DNA of 64,000 nt from positions 25,172,001-25,236,000 of the forward strand of contig OZ024746.1 in NCBI GenBank assembly GCA_964016885.1, given 5' to 3'. The notes beneath the pieces are model-generated. The model ran no database searches. It was not told the origin of the DNA and saw only the letters and a program-made list of their open reading frames with translations. Origin of the DNA: Eledone cirrhosa. Lineage: Eukaryota. Positions 10,690 to 24,262 of the stretch are shown here, piece after piece. A program made the position numbers and the translations under genes. How positions within the stretch are numbered: position 1 is the first letter of the stretch; every line of letters begins with the position of its first letter.

Positions 10690-11430
10690 GTCTGGAGTAA
10701 TCTTATGTGTTCTCATCATTTGCCAAACATCTGGAGTGTTCCAGTGTGGTCTCAGCATCTGCCTGACATCTGGAGTGTTCCAGTGGGATCTCATCATCTG
10801 TCTGACATCTGGAGTGTTCAGGTTGAATCTCAGGATCTGCCTGACATCTGGAGTGTTCAGGTGTGGTCCCAGCATCTGCCTGACATCTGGAATATCCAGG
10901 TGTGATCTCAGCATCTGCCTGATATCTGGAGTGTTCAGGTGTGGTCTCAGCATCTGCCTGACATCTGGAATATCCAGGTGTGATCTCAGCATCTGTCTGA
11001 CATCTGGAGTGTCCAAGTGTAATCTCAGCATCTGCCAGACAACTGGAGTGTTCAGGTGTGATCTCAGCATCTGCCTGATATATGGAGTGTTCAGGTGTGA
11101 TCTCACTACCCAAATGACATCTAGAGTTCTATGGGATGGTCTGACATGGGAAGTGTTGAGGCCTGGTCTCAGCATCTGCCTGGCATCTGGCGTGTTGTAG
11201 TGTGCTCTCACCATCTGCTGAACATCTGAAATGTTGAGGTGCACTCTGACTATCTACCCAATGAATATCTGAAATGTTGATGTGTGCTCTCAACATCTAG
11301 AGTGTTGAATTGTGTTCTCACCATCTGCCAAACATCTTGGGTGTCTTATACCTACCAGACATCTGGAGTGTTTATGTGTGGTCTGGTCTAACCATCTGAC
11401 GGATATCTGTAGTATTCAGGTGTGGTTAAC
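10690..11430. repeat. 39-bp tandem array (TCAGCATCTGCCTGACATCTGGAGTGTTCAGGTGTGATC), roughly 17-18 units, degenerating to the right
   Basis: Direct periodicity; the 13-aa periodic ORFs on both strands are a consequence of it. Confidence 0.93.
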
Positions 11431-11519
11431 AGCTACATTATCTGACTAAAGTACTTGAGTATCATCACAGCCTCGAGTATTCTGGTGTCATCACATCAGG
11501 TGACTAAATATGAAAGTGC

Positions 11520-11900
11520 TCTGATATGTTAAGGTGTAATCACGTGTGACAGTCTGATATGTTACGGTGTAGTTACATGTGACAGTCTGTAATGTTACAG
11601 TCTAGTTACATCATGTGACAGTATGTGTTACAATATGTAACACAGTCTGTTATGTTAAGGTATAGTTACATGTGACACAGTCTGTTATGTTAAGGTGTAG
11701 TTACATGTGACACAGTCTGTTATGTTAAGGTGTAGTTACAATGTGATAGTCTGTTATGTTAAAGTATAATTACAATATGTAACACAATGTGTTATGTTAA
11801 GGTATAGTTACAACATGTAACAGTTTGATATGTTAAGGTGTAGTCACAACATGTGACACAGTCTGTTATATTAAGATGTAGTCACAACATTTGACATAGC
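11520..11900. repeat. ~35-bp tandem array (AGTCTGTTATGTTAAGGTGTAGTTACATGTGACAC)
   Basis: About 10 units are visible. Confidence 0.88.
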
Positions 11901-13920
11901 CTCAAGTCCTTTTGGTATAGTCACAGTACCTTGTATACACAAGTGACAAACCCTTAAGTCACACACCAGGACCTTGTTTACACTGTCTGTGTTCTAGTCA
12001 CTCTACTTGGTATAGTTTGATATGTTCTGTGCTGCAAAGTAATATGCTAAAGTGTTTTGGTCTAAAATTTTCATATTGTAGTTACAGTGCGTGATGCATT
12101 AGCTTAAAGTATTTCAATCCAGAATTTACTGACAGTTGATGCATTATCACAGTATCTGACATACCATGTAGAGTATTTTCATGTAATAATTGCAATGGTG
12201 ATTAAAATAAGTACCAGTAATATTCAGAGAATTGATTCAGTTGACTATATATCCTCTCCTGCTCCTGAAAGAGTTGGTCCTCTACCTAGTCAAAATATAT
12301 CAGTGTCTGTATACTTGGAACTTATATTCAGAGGTCAGTCTGCTACTGTTTGTGGTTATTACAAACATGACTAACACCATAGCAATGATGTGCCTTTCTA
12401 ATATGTCTCATATGATACTTTGTCTACCTTTTTTTTACCATATTTCTTATGGAAAATACTGCCTATCATTTTCAAATAATTAAAAAAATAATGAATAATT
12501 TGGAGAGCTTTAGTAATACAATTTTCTCATTATTAAGTTTGTATTTGGAACATAACAACAAAGGTTCTTACATAAAACTACAATGAAATGTTTTTAGATA
12601 AATATAAACACTTTAAAATAAGTAGTTTTGTGTCATAGAAATACATGTTGTTTTAAGGGGTCTGGTATCAAATGTGTTAAACTGGTGTTTGGAACATATT
12701 TAACAAAGGTTCTTACATAAAACTGCAATGAAAGGCTTTTAGATAAAATAAAAAACACCTTCATGTAAGCAGTGTTATAGGTTGTTTTAGGTGGGGGTTT
12801 TTTTATACTAAATGGGTTAAATTGTTTTCTATCATGTTAAGTAATAACATCATTGTCACCTTAGAACCAGGGCTGCCTTCTAGATTTTTATTTATTTATT
12901 ATATCTAATCACATATAACCATTTCTTTTATCATCATGTTTGGGATTTATGTTTTTGCTTTTATTTAATTTTTTATTTAATTAAATTAAATCAATTAAAT
13001 AAGTCTCCTTTCCCCTAGTATTTGACTGATTTCCTTTTTAAAAAAAGAAAAGAATGTTCCAGCATGGCCTTAGCCATGATGACTAGAACAATGTAAAGAT
13101 CCTAACCTTCTTCTTTGACAGTAATGCTTGGTTTGTTCTCTCTTCAACTATTGCTTAGTATTGTAATGATAATCATGGCAACAGCAATAGTTGTGTCACA
13201 AATACACTCATGACATTTCTTGTTCTCAGTGTTTTGTTTCAAGTTGCTCATCTTCTAAGCTCCCGACTTGGACAGGTTTCCTGGTTTATCCAATATGAAG
13301 ATTTTTCTACATTGAAGTCAACCACTTAACTACATGTACGATGACAAACCTCACCAAAGATATTACGACCAATATTTGACAACAGAAATTGTCTCAAACA
13401 ATTTTGTGACACCTACAATATCCTTTAAAATGAAATGACTATGTGTTTGTGTATGCATATGTGCATATATATATACACACACATACATATCTAAATCAGC
13501 AGAATATTTTAATGTTGCTTCAGGCAGTATGTGAATATTTTACCTGCTGAGTTCAAAATGAAAATCTCTAGTTGTATATATGGAGAGTCAATTCAGTTGA
13601 CTATATATATAAACATATGGTACAAATATTGGCTTCATGCCAGTTTAACAAACCATTGCTGAAAATGGTGTTTTGGGATTCTCTTGAACTATATTTCCAG
13701 CAATAATGTTTGTTAGTGCTGTCAAACTTTCCATAAACCCTTTCATTATCATATTTTAATGAAAGACTCTGCCTACAATTAAAAAAAAAAAAAAATAACC
13801 AAGAATTTGAAGTGATTTAGAAATATAACTAACTTGCTCATTGTTAAGCTGATGTTTGGAACATAATAAAGGTTCCGAGATAAAATTATGATGGAAGGTT
13901 TTTGAATAAGTATAATCATT

Positions 13921-14114
13921 TTAATCCTTTTGATACCAACCCAGCCAAAGCTGGCTCTGGTTCTATGAAACAAAACCACATGTTTTAAGGAGGTCCTATT
14001 TACATTAAAATCTTCCAACATAATTTTATATAAGAACCATATATTAAATTACTATCTAATTAATTAATTGAAATAGAGTGTATTTAATTAGAAATATGGT
14101 CATGAAAGGGTTAA
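13921..14114. mobile_element. TTAA-flanked non-autonomous DNA element (piggyBac-like MITE family)
   Basis: TTAA(T/C)CCTTT...AAAGGGTTAA ends. Related copies lie near 1331, 12450-12820, 23502-23760, 24462-24692 and 36049-36320. Confidence 0.55.
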
Positions 14115-16115
14115 AATCAACACCTTTGTATCATAGAACTTAGGACAGTTGACCTCATAAACCAGTAAAAAAGAAAAAAAAACAATTTAGTTATGATCAA
14201 CAAGAAATAATCACCAAAGCTTATAAAAAAAAATATATATATATACGCTTGGTAAATATGTGGTGGCGGATGGGGGCTTTTTAAAAATTATTTTTAAAGA
14301 GTTCCCCCTCTTCTCTCCCACCATCTTTTGTTCTTGATTGGAAAATGTCATGAAATTCATGCCTTTCATCTTGGGAGGTCGATTTAATCGACTTTCCCTT
14401 TTTCTTCAAATTGCTGGCCTTGTGCCAAATGTAGAAACATTATTATCATCATCATCGTTAGGATGGCAGAATCAGTAGAGCGTTGTACAAAATACCTTGT
14501 GGTATTTAGTTACAGCACTTTGTTTCTGAATTCAAATCCCATTGAGGTCAACTTTGCCTTTCATCCTTCCAGGGTTGATAAAATACTGGGGTCGATATAA
14601 TCGTCTTTCAACTTCCCCACCAAAAACATTGTTGGCTTTGTGCCAAAGTTAGAAAGGATTATCATTTCATCTTTTGAAATTGTAATTTAGTTTTTAAAAA
14701 CTCAATTTTCCAGAGAAATATCATCAAATCCCGAAATTGGTTTTGTCCTGAGACACAGATATGAAAAATAGAATCATCCATGTATAGATGCTTTTTTTTT
14801 TTTTTTTTTTTTTTTATAATTACAAGTTATCTCTAACCTTTTTAATTCATGCATTTTTTTCTCTGATTGCTAATTTAAAACCTCTTTTTTGGTGTGTGGT
14901 GGGGAGAGAGGTTTTGTTTTTTTTGTTTTTTTTTGGCAGTCATTAGAGCATTGGTATTTTGTGCTAGCTCCCTGTGCTCTAAAAACCAATGGAAACATAA
15001 GTTTCCTTGGCCTGATCTTATAATCAGCTTTTTCTCTTTTTTTTTTCTATTTGTTAATTTTTTATTTTGAGAAAAACAAAATCTTAAAAATTTATTTCTT
15101 GTATTTTATTTTAATAATAATTTGGGTTTTTTTTTCTTTTCAAACTGTTGTAAATGAAAAGCTTTGAGTTTATTTTAAAAAGAGGTTTTACTTAAAGAAA
15201 AAATCTTAACTAAAAAAATTTATATATTTTTTAAAAAATCTTGTTTATTTAGAAAGTAGAGAATACAAGAAAACATTTTTACTTATTACAAATATTATTG
15301 AGGCAGTGAATTGGCAGTCATAAGTCATTAGAATGTCAGAATGTGTTGTATTTGTTTCAGTTCTCTGCACTTTGAGTTCAAATCTCACCAAGGTCAACTT
15401 TGCCTTTCATCCTTTCAAGGTTGATAAATAAAGTACCAGTCTTCTGCTGGGGTCAATCCTTCCTCCTCCCCTCTCTCTCTCTCTGGAAGTAATTGGCTGT
15501 GCTCAGATCTGGAAAGTGATAGCCTCTGCCTAGTTTAAAATGCCTAGTGTATCATAACAGTGTCCTGTGACTCCAGGAGTTAAGGGCTCATGATTGGATT
15601 ATTATTTTTTATTTATTTTTTTTTAATTTTTTTTTTCTTAAATGAAAATCCCGAAAAAATTCGTTTTTAAAAAATAATTTCCCGAATGTTCTAAAATGAA
15701 AAAGGACACACATACACACACATTAAAAAAAAAAAATGAAGAAATAATGAATACATTTATTTTTAAAAAAACACAACTTAAAATAAATTTTTGAAAAACA
15801 AAAAAAAAAGGTATTTAAAAAAATCCATTTCGAAACAAGAAGCAAAAATTTGGTAAAAGTAGGAATTCTGTCTTCAAACTCTAACCCGAAATATTCTCTT
15901 TAAACATTTTTTAAAAAATGAGAGAACAAGCTTACTTTATTATATTATTATTATTATTATCATCATCATCATCATTATTATTCTTGTTATCACTGGTTGA
16001 TAAATTAATGTACCTGTCAAATATTGGGATTAATTTAATCAACTGTTCTCTACACCCGAAATGTCTGGCCTTGAGCCTGTTATAAATCATTATTATCATC
16101 ATTATTATTATTATA

Positions 16116-16350
16116 AGGTGGTGTATTGACAGAGTTATTAGAGTGTCGGACAACATGCATTGTGGCATTTACTTACGGCCCTTTATGTTCTGAGTTCAAA
16201 TCCCACCGAGGTTAGCTTTGCCTTTCATCCTTACAGGGTCGATAAAATAAAGCACCAGTAATACACTGGGGTCGATTTAATTGACTTTCCCCTCCCCTCA
16301 AAATTGTTGGCCTTGCGCCTAAATCAGAAACCATTATTATTATTATTATT
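16116..16350 (+). mobile_element. tRNA-derived SINE, representative of the most abundant family in the window
   Basis: B-box GAGTTCAAATCC, conserved core GCCTTTCATCCTTACAGGGTCGATAAAATAAAG and (ATT)n tail. Other copies near 14459, 15300, 17845, 18820, 21996, 22236, 57370, 60500, 60888 (+) and 37240-37580, 41510-41675, 44915-45090, 63050-63180 (-). Confidence 0.85.
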
Positions 16351-19300
16351 GCTGTTGTTGTTTAATGTTTTCTGCTCGATGAAAACAATGACAATGAAAA
16401 TAACAAAACAAATGGAAAAAAATATATAATTTTAAAAAGTTGAAAGCAAAAACAAAAAAAAACAAAAACACAGGTGAGGCTGCAAGTTCTATTTTTCAGT
16501 GCTGACTAAGCAATTATTTCACAAAAAAATGTTTGTAAATATATTTGGCAGAAAGAAAAAAATAGCTTTCATTTATTGTATGAATATAATATGTTTGTGT
16601 GCATGTATCTATTTGTGAAGGCACAGCCTTAGTGGTTAGGCTATTGAACTCATGATCATAAGGTTGTTAGTTCAATTTCTGGACCAGCCAGAGTGTTGTG
16701 TTCTTAAATGAGACACTTCATTTCAAGTTGCTTTTCATGATAGGACTGGAGTTCCTATCATTAAAACACCTGAGAAACCTCATAGCAGACCAGCTAAACT
16801 TAAACAGGTGTGAGCTGTATATTTAATTTTTTTTTCCATGTATGTATATAATGTAAATACTATATATATATATATATATATAGAAGCATAATGGCTAAGT
16901 GTGTAAGATAGAGAGTTGTAGACATGAGTTATATCATGTAGTACATGAGTTCATATCATGATAAAGGAATTGTGTTATCATTAAAGGAATGGACTTATTT
17001 TACATCTCTCTCTCTCTCTCTCTCTCTCTGTTGTAGCACAAGGACAAGCAGGAGAAGATCCCTAGTATCTTATATTACAAAATAGACATAGCATGTTGTT
17101 ACCCAAGTTTGTGTTGTGGCAGTGTACTTAGCTGTTATGTTATCAAACCTGTCTTTGTGTCAATGTTATTTGTTTCTGTTTGTATGTATGATAATCCCTT
17201 TTTTTATTATATTTAACCCCTTGAAACATTTTGAAATTAGAATCATGAAACTTAAAATAATTTTGTCTAAACATTGCGTTTATATTTAATTTAATATTTC
17301 ATTTTTTTTTTTTTTTTTTACCCCCCCCCCCCCCCCCGCCATTTCTCTCCCTCATTCTCTCTCTCTCCCCTCTCCCCCTTATCCTTCCCGCTCCTAATCA
17401 TCCTCTATAGATTTCTCCTTTATCAGATTTTTTCCCCTTATTGAAAGAAGAAAAATATATAGAGTCTCATCTGAATAGGGTGACTGGGGGTGGGGGATTC
17501 AATCAGCTGAGATTATCCTTACAATTTCAAAACCAAAACTCCCGTTAGGAGTGTGCAGGTAATGGAAAGCTAACGCGAGCATTCCTATAGCCTCAGCTGA
17601 TCTGATTGTTATGGAATAATTTAAGACAATTTGAAAAGAGAGGACTTAGGAAAACAATGGGCATGTTTTGATCTTATTAGATCTCAATGAAGCATAAGGA
17701 ACCCCCCCCCCCCCCCCTCCCCAATCAATTTTCATGTTTCTTGACAAAGCTTGAAAGTTAATAAAAAATATAATTATAACATTTTGTTTAATAATGCAAA
17801 TTCTAAACCTAAATTGCAGAGCCCCAAGGTATGAGTGTCTTTAGAATGTCACTATTTGTTCCAGCTCTCTGCACTCTGAGTTCAAATCCTGCCTAGGTCA
17901 ACTTTGTTTTTCATCCTTTTGGGGTCAATAAATAAAGTAACAGTCTAGGGATAGTTGATTGGTGGAATTGTTAAAGAGGATGCTTTACATATCTGATCTG
18001 GCTCTGTGCATTCTTAGATCAAATCCCAAGGTTTGCAACTAGAAGATAGTGTCAGAAATGGAAAGACCCATGTTAACATAGTTTCTGTCATTCAATTTGA
18101 TGATCAGCTCCTTACCTTTTTTTTTTCTTTTTTTTTTACCTGGTTACTCATATTATCCTATTACATGACTAAAATAATTACAAGTGCCAGTTTCCTTGTT
18201 AAAACAGAGTTAGCCTTGTAGACCCTGTGACAGGCTTCATGCATATTATAGGGTCCTGTTTACCCTGCCACTTCCTTTATGCTGTCTTTCCTTCTCACAC
18301 ACACTCTTACCATCCCATTTCCATACAGACTTGTTACAGCATGGGATTAAAAAATCGTTTTTTTTTTTTTAGCTCAGTTGTCACCACTACCACCACTCTT
18401 TCTTTCTTTCTCGCTCTTGCCATCCCCAGCATACCCTATACTTTATACAAAATATTCAGCCACTTCAATATAATACATAGATTCTCTGATGTTGATTGTT
18501 TTTTTTTTTGTTTTTTACCTTCTTGTTCCACCTCCTGCTTCACTTACCACTAAACCCCTCCCCAACCTAAAACTAATTTATTCTGTTTCTTTTATTGTAT
18601 TCTGTACTTTGTGGACAATTAACTGTAATCAACCCAACTCGTGAGAGTAAAAAAAAAAATCTAAAATATTTTTTTTTTAAATTATGAAAAAAAAAAATTC
18701 TTTCATTTTAATTTTATTTCTCATTTTGTATAATTATTGTTAACGAAAAAATATTGAAGAGTGAGATTATCTTTAATCCATTTTCATTCTCATCATCATC
18801 ATCATTATTATTATTAATGGATTGGCAGTCGGATAACATGCTTTGCAGCATATAGTTACAGTTCTTTAATTTCTGAGTTCAAATCCTGATAATGTTAGCT
18901 TTTCCTTTCATCTTTATGGGGTTGATAAAATAAAATATCAGTAATGTACTAGGGATCGATTTAATCGACTTTTCCCTCCGCAAAAATTGTTGGTCTTCTG
19001 CCTAAATCAGAAATCATAATTATTATCATAAGTTTTGTGTATATACCTGTCACGTGGAAAAATATTTAATTTGTATTACCAGACTCATCTTTGATATTGC
19101 CTCAGGTGTGTGTATGTGGTATATATATATATATAAGCATGTTGGAGTTGTGATTTTTTTTTTTTTTTTTTCTTAGAAGAAGAAATCAGATTTTGGTTAA
19201 ATAACTCTCTTGTATGGTTTATTTTCACTGTTATGCCTGTAACCATATCAGAACTCATCATTTACTTGTGTACTATTTTTAATTTTTATTATTATTATGT

Positions 19301-22300
19301 AAAAAATTAATTGGAGCCATTCTTTCAATTGCAATAATGACATTTATTATTATTATTTAGTAAGGGCAGTGGAAATGGCAGAATCATTTGAGCAATGGAC
19401 AAAATCCTGCCAAGGCCTTGAGCCTAAAGTAAAAGTAAAAAGCATCATTATGTCAAAAATCGATTTTAGCTGGAGGTTTTACTTCTTTTTTTTTTTCAAT
19501 TATTTTGATAATGATATTTATTACAATAATTATGATAATAATAATAATTATTATTTTTATGACAACTATGCTTATTTGTTTCATTAAAACAACTTCAATC
19601 TCCTGAAAATAAGCACCTCAACCAAAACATTTCTTGAATTTGCTGATAGACTTTAACATTTTTTTTTTATCTGACAAATAGATTTTGTTATCAATGTTTA
19701 TATATATATGCCTGTAAAAGCTAACTTGCCTACATAACATAACTTCCATGCTTACACAGAGAAAACAGGAAGGAAATAGTGTTTATAGAGATAATGGAGC
19801 ATGCATGCATGCACACACACAAATACAGACATTCTTTCATATATACAAACATACATTTATATGAACATGTAACTAGCATAAAATATTAAGTGTATAGTTT
19901 TTCAACTTCAATATTATTCTTTAAAATATAGAACACTTGTATAAAAAAAAAAAAGATCACCATACTTTCAAGTATTTAGAAGAAAATATTTAAGGGTGGA
20001 TTTCCAATGGGGATTGGGAAAAGACCACTTTTAAAGGTACTCAATATGTTGATAGAGTATAGACATCTTTATTTTATATAGAAATAACTTCTACAGGACT
20101 AGAACTGTTTAATACAAAATCATCAGGACAACCAAATTGGGCTTTTGTTTCATGTCTTATCAATATATGATTTCTATCTAAAATATTCCAACTCCACCCC
20201 AACACAGAATTAATAACTCCTCTCATGCTTCTCTCGCTCTTCTTTCTATGAAATACCTGACATTGACTAACAATCACACAAAACACCCGACATTTGATTC
20301 CTAATTTAAAATCACTTTAATCCATCATTTTAATTCATATCTCCCCACCGCCCCAAAAAATAAATGAACACTTCTACCCGACTGTAACTTGGAAATAATT
20401 TTTGTAAATTTATGCCATCAATGTCTCTATTCAAGACATGAGATGAACTATTGGTATAATGGGAATTGGGACCCTATTATAATTATGCCCAAGAAACCTA
20501 TGAGATACAACTTCATTGGAGACTAGCTAAACCTCCATAGGTATAAGCTGTAAATTTTATTTCATCATAAGACTGAGACCTCTGTCATTAAAACACAGGG
20601 GTGCCTAGTCTTTTCATGATAAGACTGGGGTCACTACCATTCATTTTCATTTTTTTCATTTCATTTTTACGTCCGCTTTTCCCTTCTTGCAAGGGTGGGA
20701 CGGGAACTGATTCTGGCTTTATTTCCACAGCTGGATGCCCTTCCTAACACCAACCTCACTTACAGTGAGTGCTGGGTGCTTTTTTGCCGTGGCACCTCCA
20801 CGACCACTTTGCAGTGGAATGATATGGACCCAGTCCTATCATCTCATTTTTACAGCTGAGTAAACTGGAGCAATGTGAAATAGTGTCTTGCTCAAGGAAA
20901 CAACACCTAACCCGGTCTGAGAATTGAACTCACAACCTTTCGATTGCAAGCCCAATGCTCTAACCACTAAGCCATGTGCCTCCATTAAAACACCCAAATG
21001 CACCCTCATAAGTGGCCAGCTAAATCTACATAGGTAGGAACTGTAAATTTAATTTTATGATTGGACTGATACTCCTGTCATTAGAACACCCAAGAAACCT
21101 CTTATAAGATGCAATCTCGTTGGAGGCCTGCTAAACCTACATAGGTGTAAGCTGTAACAGCACCCAATCCAACATATACTGAGTATTCTTTCTCCATCTT
21201 ATTACTCCATGTGTGTTTGTATGGAAACCAAATCTCCAACAAATCATACTCTATTATCTTAAAACAGGAATAGTGCATCTGATAAAGTAATTATAGATGC
21301 AATATGTTTGAAAAAAAAGATGAGATGGTCATGACTAGAATACCTTTGATCATAGACCTGGGGCTAAATAACATCAGCAACAACGACAACACATCATAAT
21401 CATCAAATATATAACTGAATAAAAAAAAAAAAATAAATAAATAATAAACCTTCAAAAGGAATTACATAAATATTTATCTTTCTAGAAGTAACTAAAGATA
21501 TCTTAATGCCGAATGGTATCAGGGAAATGCTGATATGTTTATAACCTTGAGACATCACATTTCTTCCCCATACAATATGTTGTATTGTGACGTTACGAAT
21601 CCCCTTTCTCCTCCCCTCCACAATATGTTATATTATGACCTTAAGGTCATAATATAACATCACGTTTCTCCCCAATACAATATGTCACATTAGTTATTAG
21701 TTATCTCCTGGTAACATTTTGTTGTTTCTTCACGTGTGTGTTTTTTTGTATATATAATATCTCTTATTTTTATTTTATTGTTAGTTCATTTCAATTATTT
21801 CCTTAATTTTATCCTCTCTCTCACACATAAATTATTCCAATATCAACCATTCTAAAACAAACCACCATTAGTTATTATAAATGCTTACAGACAATAATGT
21901 TGTTCAAATGTAAACAATCCTTAGAGCTTGTCTAATTTTATCTTGTAATAGTGTTGTATTTGATGTGTCAAGAATTATTGACATTGTGTGTTTTAGGGTT
22001 GTGAATTGGTAGAATTGTTTGAGCATCTGGCAACATACTTTATGGAACATTATAGTTATGGTCCTTTACATTCTGGGTTCAAATCCTATCGAGGTTAGCT
22101 TTGCCTTTCATCCTTACGAGGTTGATAAAATAAAGTACCAGTTATGCGCTGGGGTCAATTTAATTGACTTTACCTTTCCCCAAAATTATTGGCCTTGTGC
22201 CTAAATCAGAAACCATTTATATTATTATTTCTCTTGGTGGATTGGCAGTATCGGTAGAGGGTCGGACGCCATGCTTTGTAGCTTGTAGCACAGTTACGTC

Positions 22301-23954
22301 CCTTTACGGACTGAGTTCAAATGCCGCCGAGGTTAACTTTGCCTTTCATCCTTACGGGGTCGATAAAATAAAGTACCAGTAATACACTGGGATAATTGCT
22401 GGCCTTGGGCCAAAAAGTAGAAACAATTATTTCTCTTTGAATATTATTTGACCTTTGCTTTGAGGATAATTTTGAATGATTCCTCCTCCCCTCTTTACTT
22501 TTAGAACAGATATTTACCTCTTTTTTTTCATTTAACGTTTAAAATAATCAAGACTTTTGAGAGATTTAGTATAATAATTAGGTTGGTTTTTTTTTTGGGG
22601 GGGGGGGGGGTCATTTTAAGATATTTTGGATTTAAATTAGTGAAAGTTTTTTACATAAAATTATGATGGGAGAATTTAGATATAAATAATTTGAAATAAA
22701 AATGTGTCATAAAACCATAGAAGTCTCAGGCAGATTGGTATGAGAAGCAACAACATTTGGTATATCAAACTGTTGTTAGGAATATTTCTCAAGATTTTTA
22801 ACACTATTCCATTTTGTTCTTTAACTTAGAATAATGTTGGATGTAATTTGGTTAGTTTACAACGTGCCATATTATCTACTGTTGGAAGTATGTCTGTTTC
22901 CTGTTGGAGAATATTTCTTTACTTTATATTTTCTTCGCAGCCTAGATGTTTCATAAAACATATCACTCTCCTCTCATTTCGAAAAAAGAAGGAAAGGAGT
23001 CAATCATCAGATCAGACGAAGGAAACAATGTTTCCATTAATCTTTCTGTTGCTGATACTATCTGTTGGTTGCAAATCCTGGCAGAAGTACGAAATCAGTC
23101 CAAAGAAACAATGCTTCTATTAGTCTTTCTGTTGCTGATACTATCTGTTGATTGTAACTTACAAACAAAATCTTTAAAAATAGGATCCTTTGCACTTTAT
23201 GTATTAATAAAATTAAAGTTGTCAATTTTTTTTCTGCTGGCTATGTTCATAAATATATTTGCTTTTAATTTATTTATATTGGTTGGTCTACTGTGGGTGT
23301 GTATCAACTGTCAACTCAAATTGGATGATTATTTAAGATTGCTTCTAACATTATGAATATTATAGGTGTGTGTGTGTGTGTGTGTGCTTTATTTCTAATC
23401 TGATTCATGTTAACACAGACCCTTACTAACCTCATGATTTCCATTCTTTTAACCATTACTCATGGTTGGAGCATGTTAGAGTGACTGCTGTCTGTTGGTC
23501 ATTTAACCCTTTTGTTACCATATTTCTAATGACAAACACTGCCTGTAATTGTGAAAATATCCAAGAATTTAGAGGATTTTTATTATATTACAAACTTTCT
23601 CATTATTAAGCTGGTGTTTGGAACATAACTTAAAGGTTCTTACATAAAATTATGATGGAAGGTTCTTAGATAAATATAAACCCTTTAACTCTTTCCTTGT
23701 CATATTTCTAATGAAAGACACTGATTTTCAAATAATTTTGAAAATAATCAAGAATTTGGAAGGATACAGAATAGTTGGTCAGTAGCAAGTCAAAAGAGAG
23801 TGATTGTTATCATATTTAGTAAATGGCCATTGGTCAGTCTTGTGACAAATCTGGTTATCTAAGGTTATAAAACCAGTAACAATAAAAGAAAATAGCTTTT
23901 ACATCCCAGTAAATACTGATTGATAATAAACACATCTTTGACTTGAAATCAACT

Positions 23955-24262
23955 CCTTTACTCAAAGTAAGCTCTTGTACCTGAAATAGACTCTTGCACC
24001 CAAAGTTAATTCTTTGACCCGAAATGAACCCATGTACCCGAAATCAACTCTTGTACCCGAAATCAACTCTTGTACCCGAAGTTAACTTTTCTATTCAAAA
24101 TCAAATCTTGTACCCGAAATAGACTCTTGTACCCGAAAATAAACTCTTGTACCCAAAATAAACTCATGTACCCAAAATAGACTTATGTACTTTAAATAAA
24201 ATCTTGTACCCGAAATAGACTCTTGTACCCGAAATCAACTCTTGTACCCGAAATCAACTAAT
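23955..24262. repeat. 20-bp tandem array (CTTGTACCCGAAATCAACT / CTTGTACCCGAAATAGACT)
   Basis: About 15 units; a partial second block lies at 24712-24816. Confidence 0.92.

Noticed and set aside
10645-11244. 199-aa repetitive ORF and overlapping ORFs as a real protein
   Set aside because: It is open in several frames and on both strands only because of the 39-bp period; no domain or supporting gene structure was found.
17460-17620. RNase P/MRP, snoRNA or telomerase RNA
   Set aside because: Only a partial resemblance (ACCCTATTCAGA on -); the partner P4 strand, C box and CTAACCCT template are absent.
20074-20286. 70-aa ORF as an exon of a hidden gene
   Set aside because: No recognisable motif and no consistent splice partners; it may be an old TE relic.
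23955-24262. 20-bp array as CRISPR or iterons
   Set aside because: There are no spacers and no associated genes; it is a minisatellite (its motif is reported separately).
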